Positions 49,828-62,436 of a stretch of DNA of 64,000 nt are shown piece by piece. The notes under the pieces are model-generated. The model was not told where the DNA came from. It saw nothing but the letters and a program-made list of their open reading frames with translations, and searched no databases. Position numbers and translations under genes: made by a program. The stretch's first letter is position 1. Each line of letters begins with the position of its first letter. The DNA comes from Zootoca vivipara (lineage: Eukaryota): assembly GCF_963506605.1 (NCBI RefSeq), contig NC_083284.1:124001-188000 (forward strand), in the 5' to 3' direction.

Positions 49828-52227
49828 TTTTATTTATACCCCGCCCTCCCCAGTCAAAAACTGGGCTCAGGGCGGCTGACACCAACAGAATTACAATAAA
49901 ACATAAGAACAATTAATTAAAATACAGTATTAAAATTTAAAGTGCAGCCTCATTTCAAGTAGTCCATAAATCCAAGCCATGAGGGAGGAAAACACAGGGG
50001 TCAGGATGAGTCTAACCCAAAGGCCAGGCGGAACAGCTCTGTCTTGCAGGCCCTGCGGAAAGATGACAAATCCCTCAGGGCCCTGGTCTCCTGGGAAAGA
50101 GCGTTCCACCAGGTTGGGGCCAGTACTGAAAAGGCCCTGGCTCTAGTAGAGGCCAATCTAGCCATCTTATGACTCGGGATCTCCAGAATATTGTTGTTTG
50201 TGGACCTTAAGGTCCTCTGCGGGGCATACCAGGAGAGGCGGTCCTGTAGCTACGAGGGTCCCAAGTCGCATAGCAACTGGGAACTCCTCCTTGGAGCTGC
50301 CAGCCCTCAGTTGCCCTTTTCTTTGCAATGCCCTGGCAGTGCCGAGCGCCCATGATGCCCAGCCCCTGTGCTGCATCTGGCCATGGCCTCACAGAAGTGA
50401 TAGGAATGGCAGCGGCTTCCACAGGCACAAGAATTCCCGGTGTGGAAAGAGTGGGCAGAGGAAAGGCTTTTCTCCCTTTCTCGTAACACCAGAATTTGGG
50501 GGCGTCCCAAATTCTAGTGCTGAACGTTGGGAGATTTGAGACAAACAAACGGAAGAACTTCTTCACGCAGCGCGTAGCTGAACTGCGGAACTCCCTCCCA
50601 CAGGAGGCAGTGACAGCCCCCAACCCCAATGACCTGAAAAGAGGATTAAGGCAAATCCATGGGGGCTACTATCCACAACAGCTACGCTCTGCTTCCAGTT
50701 TCTGGGGGTCTTGGGGGGGCTCAGGTCCCCCTTGTGCACTTCCCTCTGGCTGGCCACTGTGAGGAGGACCAGAACCCTTTGACCTGATCCTGCTGCTGTT
50801 AGGCTCCTCCTGTGTCCTTGATTTGCACGTAAATCCTGTTTGGCTCTCTGCTTCCGTTCCTGGGGCTGCAGCAAGTTCACCTGAATCGGAGTCCTGCGCC
50901 TGCCAGAACGGATGTTTCCAGCTGGCTGAGCTCGCCACATCAGTCCCCAGAAAATACTCCTGCGCTTCTGGCTGGCTGAACCTCACGGCTGGTCTGGTGA
51001 GGAGGTGGGCCTGTGTCCTCCTGGCCTGGAGGGCTCTGCAGGCTGCTTTTGCCCTGCTGGGGTGGGAGACAGGAGCAGAGCCCATGGGCCCATGGCTTCC
51101 TTCTAGGCCCCCTGGGGGCTCCCTCTCCCTCTCCAGGAGGTGGTTGTGAGCTCAGCTCCCCTCTTGGACTTGGGCATGCCAATCCTGGCTGGCTGGCGAA
51201 TTGAAAGAGTGCAACCTGGAGCAGGCAGGGACCCCAGCACACATAATACCAGGGAAGGCGGCAGGGGGCACTGACCCCGGTGCCCTCTGGCTGCATGCCA
51301 GCCATCGGCAAGGGCTGGGCTATTGCCTCTGCAGCCGCACTCCTGCCATGCTCATGGGGATTGATTTCTATTCCTTCCTTGTTCAGCAGGATGGGGGTGG
51401 GTGGCACTGGCTGGGTCCTTGGCCCACTTTCCTCGCCCGCGGGTGTCCTTGGCTGGCATCCAGACTGGCCTCCCCTTCGCAGAGCTGCAGCTGCAGGAGG
51501 TGGGGCAGCCAAGCCCACCAGCCCAGGCTCCTCCCTGCAGAAGCAGAATGTGTGGGCCTGCAAGGAACTGGACCTGCAAGAGGCCTGATCCTGCATCTCT
51601 GGCTCCCCTTTTCTTTCCCCTGCACAGTCCCTGAACCTTTTCTGTTGGGGGGCAGCCAGGCAGCCTCTCTTCAAGCCTCTCTTGCCTGCTACCTGACCCC
51701 CTTCCCAGCCCCAACAGCCCCCTCCCATTCATCTTCTTCATTGCCTCCTGATGGAGCCCCACCTTGGGCAAAATATTCCTGCATTTTGGGGGGGGTTGGA
51801 CTAGATGACCCTTGAGGCCCCTTCCAGCTCCATGATTCTGTGACCATCTAACTGGAAGCCTAGCCTTCTCCAGGAGGAGGGCTGGCTGCAGGCCTGCAGG
51901 AAAGGCTTTGGGGGTCTCTGGGAAGGTCCATCCTTTAGCTCTTGCCTTGTCAGCTCTCCCACCCAAACGCCACCCCATCCTCTCTGTCCCCTAAGAGATC
52001 TCTCTCCCTCTCAGCCCAAACTATTTGTTCAGAGAGCGAGATGGGGAAGGACTCTGAATATGGCACTGAATATTCCCGCCTCTTCCCGCTCCCTCTGGGC
52101 CTTTACTCTGCTTGCCTCACTCATCACTGACTCAGCCTTGCCCTCCAGCCTTATTGGGGGGCAGGAGAAAATCTCTCTGCCATGAATATCTCAAGTCTCC
52201 TGCACCACCACCATGCTTTCCTCAGGG

Positions 52228-52757
52228 TCATAGAATCCTAGAGTTGGAAGAGACCCCAAGGGCCATCCAGTCCAACCCCCTGCCAAGCAGGAAACACCAT
52301 CAAAGCATTCTTGACATATGCCTGTCAAGCCTCTGCTTAAAGACCTCCAAAGAAGGAGACTCCACCACACTCCTTGGCAGCAAATTCCACTGCCGAACAG
52401 CTCTTACTGTCAGGAAGTTCTTCCTCATGTTTAGGTGGAATCTTCTTTCTTGTAGCTTGAATCCATTGCTCCGTGTCCGCTTCTCTGGAGCAGCAGAAAA
52501 CAACCTTTCTCCCTCCTCTATATGACATCCTTTTATATATTTGAACATGGCTATCATATCACCCCTTAACCTTCTCTTCTCCAGGCTAAACATACCCAGC
52601 TCCCTAAGCCGTTCCTCATAAGGCATCGTTTCCAGGCCTTTGACCATTTTGGTTGCCCTCTTCTGGACACGTTCCAGCTTGTCAGTATCCTTCTTGAACT
52701 GTGGTGCCCAGAACTGGACACAGTACTCCAGGTGAGGTCTGACCAGAGCAGAATACA
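52228..52757 (-). mobile_element. CR1 LINE 3' fragment
   Basis: [16 protein letters not shown]...RMLstop plus CR1 tail. Confidence 0.92.
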
Positions 52758-54686
52758 TCGAGCATCTACATGCCAGGATCTGGCTCTCACACCAGGCAGC
52801 ACAGGAATTGCCCTCCTTTTCTCCCCCTTTTCTCTGCTCACATGCTGCATTTTGTTCCCCCTCCTGACATGAGGGGCTGCTATTAGAATAAAAAACATAT
52901 TAAATTTCGTATGATAACAGATTTTTTGTTTTGGCCGCTTCCTGCATGAGCAGAGTCTAGCGCAGAGTCTGTTTTGCAAAGAGGCAGCGTGCGCATTCTA
53001 CTAACGCTCACCTCCCCAAGATGCTTTGCAAGCGTCGGCTTCATTTGTGCGCTACTGCGCAGGTACCCTGTCTTCTCCATTCCCCTCCCTCCTCCCTGGC
53101 GCAAGCTGCCTCTTTGCAAAACAGTAGTGTTTGTAAACAAAGCAAGCATTTTCTTCCATGTGTTTCATGAAAAACAAATATAGGAATCGGCTCGACATGC
53201 GGTCGGATTTCAGAGTGAAAGTTTCAAGTTTGGAACCTAATATTTCAGAAATAATGGACTCAAAGGACAGATTTAACTCATCTCATTAAGAACTGAAAAT
53301 TAAACTGAAAATTAAAACTAACTGTATACTGATGGAGTACTCTGTTGTAACTGTAAAAAACGTATAAATATAAAATATAAAAAGACTTAATTTGGCTCTC
53401 ACTTTTTAATTTTAGGATTAGGAATTAATGGGGGTCCTTGTCACAATAGCGGCTCGATGAGGGGTCCTCGAGAAAATTTTGTTGAGAACCCCTGCTCTAG
53501 GGAGAGAGTCCCAAAGTTGTCTGGGAGCTGAGAAGACCCTCTCCCACAATCCCCACCCAGTGGGCCTGTGTGGGTGGCAGGACCAAGAGAAGGCTTCCCT
53601 CGAAGATCTCCAAACGCAGGCAGTTTGGCATGAGGAGAATACGGTCCTTCAGATAGTTTGGAGCTCAGCCATGTAGGGCTTTATAGGTAATAACCAGGCC
53701 TTTGAATTGTGCCTGGATACAGACCAATAGCCAGTGGAGCTGCTGAAACAAGGGAGTCATCCCTATAACAAGCCCTGGTCAGCACTCTGGCTGCAGCTTT
53801 TTGAGCCAGTGGAAGTTTCTGAGCCCTTTTCCAAGGCAGCCCCATGTAGAGGACATTACAGTAGTCCAGACGGGATGGAACTAAAGTGTGCGTCACTGCA
53901 GCTTCAACTCAGACATCTCCAGGAAGGGGCACAGTTGGCACACTAGGCTGAGCTGTGCAAATGCGCTCCTGGCTACTGCGGAGACCTGGTCCGAGTCCTG
54001 GAGCCTGCCCCAAATGCAAAGGTGTCTTTAACAGGCTGCATCCCTCCGAAATAGCAGAGCCGGCTGCCCTCAGCATCACTCACCCACGATCCTCTCCCTG
54101 AAGTTTCATGCAGAGGTGATATAGCATGGAAGGCTGACTGGGTCTGCACAGCACTCCAGAAATGCCCTTGGGGCAGAGCCACTCCCTGCAACGTCTAAAG
54201 GAACATGCTTTGCCTGCCTTCATGTTTGCTTGCTCACCTTCATGCTAATGTTTTGCTTCTCCTCCTCTTCCTTATGTCCAGAAAACCACTTTTCAGGGTC
54301 AGCCTTGACTCTGCTCATTAGGCTTGCTGGCATCTCCTTGGATTTCCTTGGGCCTTTTGTCATCTGTCACGCACATTTCTTTGCCAGTCTATTCTGCTGA
54401 TCTCCGATCTTCCACAGAGGGGTTTGGCCTCTGCATCTCCCCTTCACCTTCAGCCAACAGCCTCCCTTTGGAGAGAAGTCCCTCTTCCGAAATTCAAAGT
54501 GACAGCGGGTGGAGATCCCTCTCACTTTCTCCTCCCATCCAGGCTGAATCGGATGGTGTCGTAATCACACCTTTGAATGCTTTGACGAAAACAAGGGACA
54601 GTAGTCAACTAAGTTGACCCACTGGAATTAATGGAATTAATGGGTGAAACATGGCCATGCACATTCATTCCAACGGATCTGCTCTG

Positions 54687-54734
<48 letters not shown>

Positions 54735-55101
54735 TTATTACTTATACCCTGCCCATCTGGCTCGGCTTCCCCAGCCACTCTGGGATGCTTCCAACAGGAT
54801 ATTAAAAACAAAATAAAACACCAAACATTGAAAACTGAGTTACTAGTCCAACCCCCCGCAGTGCAAGAATCACGGCTACCTGACGTCACAGCTGTCTTTG
54901 GCTCACTCCTCTCTGGTCAGGCACTCGATCCCTGAAGCCATGTAGCATAAAAGGGATCTGGCCTTATTTGGCTTCCAATTAGGGGAATCTGGTGGGTTAA
55001 TATTTCATCAAGTGAGAAGGCAAATGACTCCCTTTTGCTGCCCTCTGGTGACGGTTTTCTTTCACCCACAGTTGCTCTCCTAAGCGGCTCCCAGCAGCAT
55101 C

Positions 55102-55151
<50 letters not shown>

Positions 55152-55249
55152 TTGTTGTTTAGTCGTTTAGTCGTGTCCGACTCTTCATGACCCCATGGAC
55201 CATAGCACGCCAGGCACTCCTGTCTTCCACTGCCTCCCACAGTTTGGTC

Positions 55250-55287
<38 letters not shown>

Positions 55288-55790
55288 TATTATTTGTACC
55301 CCGCCCATCAGGCCACTCTGGGCGGCTTCCAACAAATATTAAAATACATTAAAATTTCACATATTAAAAACTTCCCTAAACAGGGCTGCCTTCAGATGTT
55401 TTCTAAATGTCAAGTAGTTGTTTATCTCTGACATCTGATGGGAGGGCATTCCACAGGGCGGGTGCCACTACTGAGAAGGCCCTCTGCCTGGTTCCCTGTA
55501 GCTTTGCTTCTTGCAGTGAGGGAACCGCCAGAAGGCCCTCGGTGCTGGACCTCAGTGTCCGAGCAGAACAATGGGGGTGGAGACGCCCCTTTGGGTATAG
55601 AGGACCAAGGCCGTTTAGGGCTTTAAGGGTCAGCACCATCGGAAATGTTATGGGAGCCAATGTAGGTCTTTCAGGACCAGTGATATAATGTCTCAGCAGC
55701 CGCTCCCAGTCACCAGTCTGGCTGCCACATTCTGGATTAGTTGTAGTTTCCGGGTCACCTTCAAAGGGAGCCCCACATAGAGCGCATCTG
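55250..55790 (-). mobile_element. L2-clade LINE 3' fragment with (AAT)n tail
   Basis: Same family as 19797-21760. Further 3' fragments at about 14890-15020, 32565-32775, 44630-44920, 54690-54830, 61255-61450, 61478-61730 and 63458-63885. Confidence 0.85.
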
Positions 55791-57054
55791 AAGACCCCAA
55801 AGAGGGAGGGAGGGACCAGGCAAGATACCTTCAGGGATGCCTCCAAAGGGGTTTTGAGTGGCTTTTTACTGCCTACTTAGAGGGAGCGATGGTGCCCCTA
55901 CCTTTCAAAGCATTTTCACATTTGCTTATTTAATGGACAAACAACTCAATTATAAGCTTTCGTGTTCAATATTGCTGAAATGTGTTTTCATGATTCATAA
56001 CTGTGCCCTTGAATTAAAAAAGCAGGAAATCTGACAACTACCCATTGATCAGAATAAAAAATTACAGAACATCAATCAGCCTTTGATAGCATCATCGGTC
56101 TTTTCTGCCCAATCCACCACTGGCTCAATTTGTTGGGGAGCTTTTCCCCACTTCCATGGGTTCCTTCCCCTGATTTTGATCCTTTGCTTTTTGATCTGTG
56201 ATAAACACAAAAGTAAAAAAATGAAGTAACAGAGTGATGGGAACTGGGCAGCCCAAGGGGACCCCCCTCTCTTTTCCCTCATGCCCCCACCCTGGCAAGA
56301 CCCGAGGAGCTGTAAGAACCTAGTCTAAGCTGGCAGAGTGCCCTGTTTTAAATGCCACCCCAGAGGCAAACCCTGGTCCCAAATGGAGGGGGCAATTGCT
56401 CTTGTTGCTCCTTGAGAAAATCCGACTTTGCTGATCAAAACCTGGGAGGGAGGGCAAGTGATGACGTCTCCAGCCTGTCCCAGACTCTCTTTCTTGGGGC
56501 TCTCAGAATCAATTAAACATTGATGTGTTGAACATCAAGGACCTGCAGGTAAGGTGACAGGATTTTACAAAGGGACCATTGGCAGCCAGCCCCCCTCTTT
56601 CCTCCTTGCAAAGGCCATTCAGCTCTGCGTCCTTTGTGCATCAGAGGGCAGGTCTGAATTTGAGCACAGGAGGGAGGCTGCCCTTGGCCAAGGTGAAATC
56701 AAAGGCCCCTCGCCAGACAGGAGACTCATTGCTCCCCATGGGAGGGAATTAATTGGATCCTTCCAGAGCAGGCCACCATCCCAAGCCCCTGTGCAAACTT
56801 TCACTTTTAGCTGAACTGGGTGGATCAGAAGAGAATGTTCCAGCAAAAGGAAAGTCCGATTTCTGTGGCCTGGCTGTGCAAATGCACACAGCTCAGATTC
56901 CCTCAAAGATGGGAGGAACTTCATTCATTCTAAGCTACAGGAAGACTTTGGAGGCAGGGCAGAGCGATTGTGGCTAGAAGCCATCAATAGCCCTCTCCTC
57001 TGTGAATTTGTCCAATCCTCTTTTAAGCCATCCAAGTTGGGAGCCATCACTGTC

Positions 57055-57505
57055 TCATAGAATCATAGAATTGGAAGAGACCACGAGGGCCATCTAGTCC
57101 AACCCCCTGCCAAGCAGGAAACACCATCAAAGCATTCCTGACATATACGGTACCTGTCAAGCCTCTGCTTAAAGACCTCCAAAGAAGGAGACTCCACCAC
57201 ACTCCTTGGGAGCAAATTCCACTGCCGAACAGCTCTTACTTACAGAAGTGGACTGGTGGGGGAAGGGAGGTTGGTTGGAGGGACAGAAAATAGATATATT
57301 GTTGTATTTTATGTTTTGTCTGTTTATATATAAAAAACTAATAAAAATATTATAAAAAAGGAAGTTCTTCCTAATGTTTAGGTAGAATCTTCTTTCTTGT
57401 AGTTTGAATCCATTCCTCCGTGTCCGCTTCTCTGGAGCAGCAGAAAACAACCTTTCTCCCTCCTCTATATGACATCCTTTGATATATTTGAACATGGCTA
57501 TCATC
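57055..57505 (-). mobile_element. CR1 LINE 3' fragment with a small internal insertion
   Basis: CR1 tail and ORF2 C-terminus, interrupted at about 57240-57360. Confidence 0.8.
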
Positions 57506-58875
57506 TTCTGGAGGCTAAGGTTAGCAGTGTCATTGGTTCCCACATGGACCAAAAGGAAGGGGTATTTGTCAGTGGGTTTTATACCGGTAATTCGTTGCAG
57601 CCGTTCTGTTACATCTTGGATCTTGGCCCTGGGGAGACAGAGCACACCTCTCGAGACATCTTATCAGGCCCACAGATCACTGCTTCTGTACCCCTCAGTA
57701 GGGAAACCTCTATCACCACTACACGCCTCCTCATAGGCTTGGTCATGATTCTTCCATGTGCCGTCCCTTCCAAAGTCACCTGCATATTCCCAGAGGACTG
57801 ACTCCCGCAGGCATGAATTCCATAGTTTAACTCTGCCTTTGTTCCTTTAAAACGTTTATATTATCAATGACTTTAAGTCAGTTTATTAGCCATCTGCAGC
57901 TGTACAAGGTTAAATGTGTGTCTGTCTATATTTAAACTCGAGTTATCTGAGTGTAATTTTTGCATCTCGTCATCATTCAGTGCACACCTTTCGGTCTTCT
58001 CCGTCACGGGCCTGGTAAGGAAGACTCCAAGTGTTTTGTGATATCCATGAAATCTCCCGCCATGATTAATTGGCAAAGTCTCTTTGTTTTTCATTCAAAG
58101 CTGAAGGCAGCAAAGCCCAGGAGGCCTTTCCGCAGGTGGGGCTCCCTTCTGACGCACCAGCGGGTGTGTTTGTGTGTGTGTGAGGGTGCTGAGAAGGGAG
58201 TGTCCAGACTCAGTGAGAGCTTCGGGGTCAAGGAAGAAGCAGCGCTGTGAACTGGGCCTGGAAGCAACAAGGGTGCCAGTCAGGTCTGATGGCTGGCAAG
58301 ATGTGATCTGGGTAAGCAGTGGCACTCAAAGCCTCCCCCCCTCTTTTCCCTGCTATTTTAAATCGGCATGAAGCCACTGAGCTGAGATTAGCCTCGGTGG
58401 CCCAAAGACTCAGTCCGGGAGATGCCAGCCCTTCAGTGTGCTCCTGACTGCGCAGCTCAAGGAAGTGAGCCAAGGAGCAGCCGGCACCACAACGATGCCG
58501 CATTCTATCTCCCTGCCTGCCTGCCTGTCTGCCTAGGTCGCTCCCCGCACCTGGCCAGAGTCACCGGGCGGCCCTCGCCTCCTGCCCATCTTGCCCAACG
58601 TGACCCGGGCATCAACGCCTCCTGCCCCTCCGCCCCAAGACAGCCAGGGCAGCGCATGGTGCGCCTCGGGCTCCTGGCTTGGTGAAGCTTGTCTGGGAGG
58701 ACCTGTCAAAGGGAAGGGGCAGCAACAGCATTCCAGGGGGCAGGGGGGGGCAAGTGGCCTCCTCCACTTTCCCTCCCGGTGGGCTCCTCCTTCCCCCCCC
58801 CCCAAAAAATGTTTTATTGCTTTTATGAAAGCAAATTAACCACAGATACACAACAACAACAACAACAACAACAAA

Positions 58876-59560
58876 ACATAAAACACATGTGGTAAAAAGT
58901 TCCTTCAACACCTTTGCATTTCCAACATTTGTTATCATGTGTATGGTAAATTTTTGCAAGTTTAACTTGTGTTAAATGCCACCTATACATCATTTTCATC
59001 AAAAAAATTCCTTCAGTAGCACCTTAAAGACCAACTAAGTTTTTATTTTGGTATAAGCTTTCGTGTGCATGCACACTTCTTCAGATACACTGAATACACT
59101 CCCGTGTGTATCTGAAGAAGTGTGCATGCACACGAAAGCTTATACCAAAATAAAAACTTAGTTGGTCTTTAAGGTGCTACTGAAGGATTTTTTTTATTTT
59201 ACTTCGACTCAGACCAACACGGCTACCTACCTGTAATCATTTTCATCAAAGTTTCTTTCAAAACATTACATGCGGTAAACCTAATAGACTTTCCCCACAA
59301 CCTTTCCCATTCCTCCACCATAATATTATGCCCCCCATCTTTTGCCCATTCAATCATTACCGATTTCGTTTGTTCATCTTTCGTATGCCATTCCAGCAAT
59401 AAATTATACATCTTAGAAAGATTCTTCGATTTTGTGTCCAGCGGTATCATTTCCAAGTTTGGATTTTTCCATTTGGAAACCTATTTTTTTATCCTTTTTA
59501 ACCACCTCTTTAATTTGGCAATATTGAAACCAATCATCGACATCATCTTTCATCTGTTCA
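58876..59560 (-). mobile_element. L1-clade ORF2 C-terminal relic
   Basis: EEWERLW...LKETLMKM|[15 protein letters not shown]...[15 protein letters not shown] (cysteine-rich C-terminus), split by the Penelope insertion. Confidence 0.7.
59004..59235. mobile_element. Penelope-like-element-derived insertion with an 82-bp perfect inverted repeat and hammerhead-like motifs
   Basis: Arms 59009-59090 and 59106-59187 with a 15-nt spacer; 15-bp TSD ATCATTTTCATCAAA at 58989-59003 and 59236-59250. Confidence 0.8.
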
Positions 59561-59599
59561 TTGTGTTTTTATCTTAAAAAGGGCTTAGAGGGCTCCTCC

Positions 59600-60300
59600 T
59601 TGCGCGCCCCGGGAAAGGCTGCAGCGAAGGGGCGCAGAGTCCGGCCTTGCGCGCCCCAAGGTCTCCAGCAGCAGGAAAGGGGCGCCAAGACCCACCTCCG
59701 GGGAGGGGGCGGGAGAAGAGCGCCAGGCGGAGCGGGGGAGTCGGCCCCGCCCCGCCAGGTGTGCATGACGTCACAGGAGGCGGGGAGGAGACCGGAAGTG
59801 CCGCTCGGCTCCGCCCCCCCCAGCTGGAGAGCCAGCCGTCTAGTCCGGCGGCCATTGGCCGCTCGCGGTCACGCGGCTGCGCCCCCTCCCCCTCCCCTCC
59901 TCCCTCCTCCCACTCCGTCGCCTGCGCGGCGCAGGTGAGACAGGTGAGGCCCGGCGGGGGGGGGAGGGGGGTCCGGGAGGCGCCCCTCTCCGTCCCCGAT
60001 CCGGGCCGGGCGTCGGGGGCGCAGCAGCGGCTTGGCCGTGGCTCTGCCCGTCGGCGGGAGGGCGGGAGGCGCCGCCGGGATCGGGGCCCCCGCCGGGATC
60101 GGGGCCCCCACCCTCCCGCCTGGGGCAACAGCGGCCAGGCGCTCTCGGCGCCGCCCCGGGGCTCCCTGCGGCCGGGGTGGGTGGGGGTAGGGTCTCCCCG
60201 GTTGCCGGTCTCTGCGGAGCCACCGCCCCCCCCCCCGGCCAGCCAGCCTGCCTGACGTGTCTGGGCGAGGATGCCGCCCTGCTGCTGCTGCGTTGCCCCG
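59600..60300 (+). promoter_or_regulatory. DQX1 CpG-island promoter and probable non-coding exon 1
   Basis: TGACGTCA CRE (59766-59773), ACCGGAAGTG ETS/GABP site (59791-59800), inverted CCAAT; tandem donors GCAG|GTGAGA (59934) and ACAG|GTGAGG (59943). Confidence 0.7.
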
Positions 60301-60812
60301 TGAGCTGGCTGCTTGGCACCGGGCAGCGGCAGCCTCGGCTCCGCCCGGCCCTCCCCAGGCTCCCTGGGCTTGGACATGGGGGGGGCGATTGCTTCCTTGC
60401 AGCAGGTTGGGCTAGATGACCCTTGGGGGTCCCTCCCAACTCCACCATTCTATGAGAGAAGGTTGTGGGCACAGAGCACAGGGGACCCGCTTGCCTAATG
60501 CCCCTAGCTTCTCTCTCTCTCTGACCCACATCCAGCGCCGGCGGGGGAGCTGAGCCGTTTCAGCTGCTCTCCCTTGGGGTCTGGAGGAGGGCAGGGAGCA
60601 TCTTGGCCCACCTGGAGCCATGGATCCCCCTTTGCACCTGGTCTGACATTTGGGCAGATCCAGGAGATCAGAGCCCAAAGCCCTTTGTCCCTGAGGCAGA
60701 AACCCTGCGGCATCCCGTGATCTGGCATTCAGAGTCCCTTGGGTGGGCTTCCCCCCCTTCCTTCCCTCTCCCCTCTGCAGGTTTCCTGGGAGACCCCGAG
60801 GGCTGGACTGCC

Positions 60813-61130
60813 ATGGCAGCGGCTGCAGCAGCAGAGGACCCCCCTGGCCCCTTGGATCAGTCGGATGGGCTGAGCTCCCTCCTGGATGAGGAAGAGGACG
60901 AAGATGAAGACGGCGACAGCCACACGGAAGGCCTGTCTGGGAGCTGTGAGGGCGACCTGGAGGTGAATCCGTACGACGGGCTGCCCTTCTCCTCCCGCTA
61001 CTATGAGCTGCTGCGCCAGCGCCGCCACCTCCCCATCTGGGGCTCCAAGTTCCCCTTCCTGGAGCACCTGGAGGGCGGAAGCAGCATCGTCGTGGTGTCT
61101 GGGGAGCCGGGGGCCGGCAAGAGCACCCAG
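60813..61130 (+). CDS. DQX1: DEAQ-box RNA-dependent ATPase 1, first coding exon; gene continues beyond the window
   Basis: Acceptor at 60780, GCCATGG Kozak, [25 protein letters not shown] and Walker [11 protein letters not shown], donor GTGAGT at 61131. Synteny with AUP1/HTRA2/LOXL3 favours DQX1 over DHX32. Confidence 0.9.
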
Positions 61131-62187
61131 GTGAGTGGGCACCCAGCTGGCCTGGCAGCAGCTGCCACCCGAGGGGAGGAGAGAGGGGGCTGTGCTGCGG
61201 AAATAGCGTAAAATATTGAAAGAAAAATAAGATGTTTAAATAATATGGGGCGCCCGCCCTGTGGGACGCCCTCCTGTCAGATGTCAAAGAGAAAAACAGC
61301 TACCAGATTTTTAGAAGGCAACCCTGTTTAGGGAGGCTTTTAATCTTTAATCGATTATTTTATTCTTCTGTTGGAAGCCGCCCAGAGTGGCTGGGGAAAC
61401 CCAGTCAGATGGGCGGGGTATAAACAATAAATAATAATAATAATAATAAATATGTTTAAAGGAAAAAATATGTGAAGTTACAGGGAACCAGGCAGAGGGC
61501 CTTCTCGGTGGTGACACCTGCCCTGTGGAACGCCCTCCTATCAGATGTCAAAGAAATAAACAACTACCTGATTTTAAAAGACATCTGAAGGCAGCCCTGC
61601 TTAGGGAAGTTTTTAATGTTTGATGTTCTACCATGTTTTGAACATTCTGTTGGAAGCAGCCCAGAGTGGCTGGGGAGGCCTGGCCAGATGGATGGGGTAT
61701 AAGTTATTATTTATTATTATTATTATTATTATTCCCGGGGTGTGTGTGAGAGGCTTTCCCCTTCCTCAGTCCCAAGAGGCTGGGTGCTGTGTTGTTGTCT
61801 GAACTTGCTGGCTTAGCTGCCAAGGTGTGCCCTGCCTTGGTCTCCAGGCAGTGTGAGGTTTGTCTCAGTTCTGGTGCCAATTAGCCTCTCATTGACTTGG
61901 GATTTCTGCTAGAGAACGCACAAACTCTCTGTTAGCATAGATGGGGATACATCATCATGGTGGGGGGGGGAGCTTTGTGGCCTCACCCCTTTTCTTTCTT
62001 TCTTTCTTTATATATACTGTATATATATAATTTTTAAATTAGATTTTTTTTTTACAATTTTAAATTCTCATTTTACATCCTTAAGATATCAATGACTTTG
62101 CTTCTTCTCTTTCCATGGTTCATTTTTAGATCTCATAAATCTCTGTCTATTGTACAAAAAGCTACACCATTCAGTATTCCATTATTG

Positions 62188-62436
62188 CAGGGGTCCCCAA
62201 GCTAAGGCCCAGGGGCTGGATGCGGCCCAATTGCCTTCTCAATCCGGCCCGCGGATGGTCCAAGAATCAGCATGTTTTGACATGAGTAGAATGTGTCCTT
62301 TTATTTAAAATGCATCTCTGGGTTATTTGTGGGGCATAGGAATTCGTTCATTTTTTCCCCAAAATATAGTCCGGCCCCCCACAAAGTCTGAGGGACAGTG
62401 GACCGGCCCCCTGCTGAAAAAGTTTGCTGACCGCTG
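62188..62436. mobile_element. hAT (Charlie-like) MITE
   Basis: CAGGGGTCCCCAA...TTTGCTGACCGCTG termini; TSD CATTATTG/CATTCTTG (7 of 8 match). Related partial copy at about 12305-12430. Confidence 0.7.

Noticed and set aside
56076-56220. Exon-like minus-strand segment after a polypyrimidine-CAG acceptor
   Set aside because: No recognisable protein and no partner exons found; may be a transposon relic, so it is not supported as a gene.
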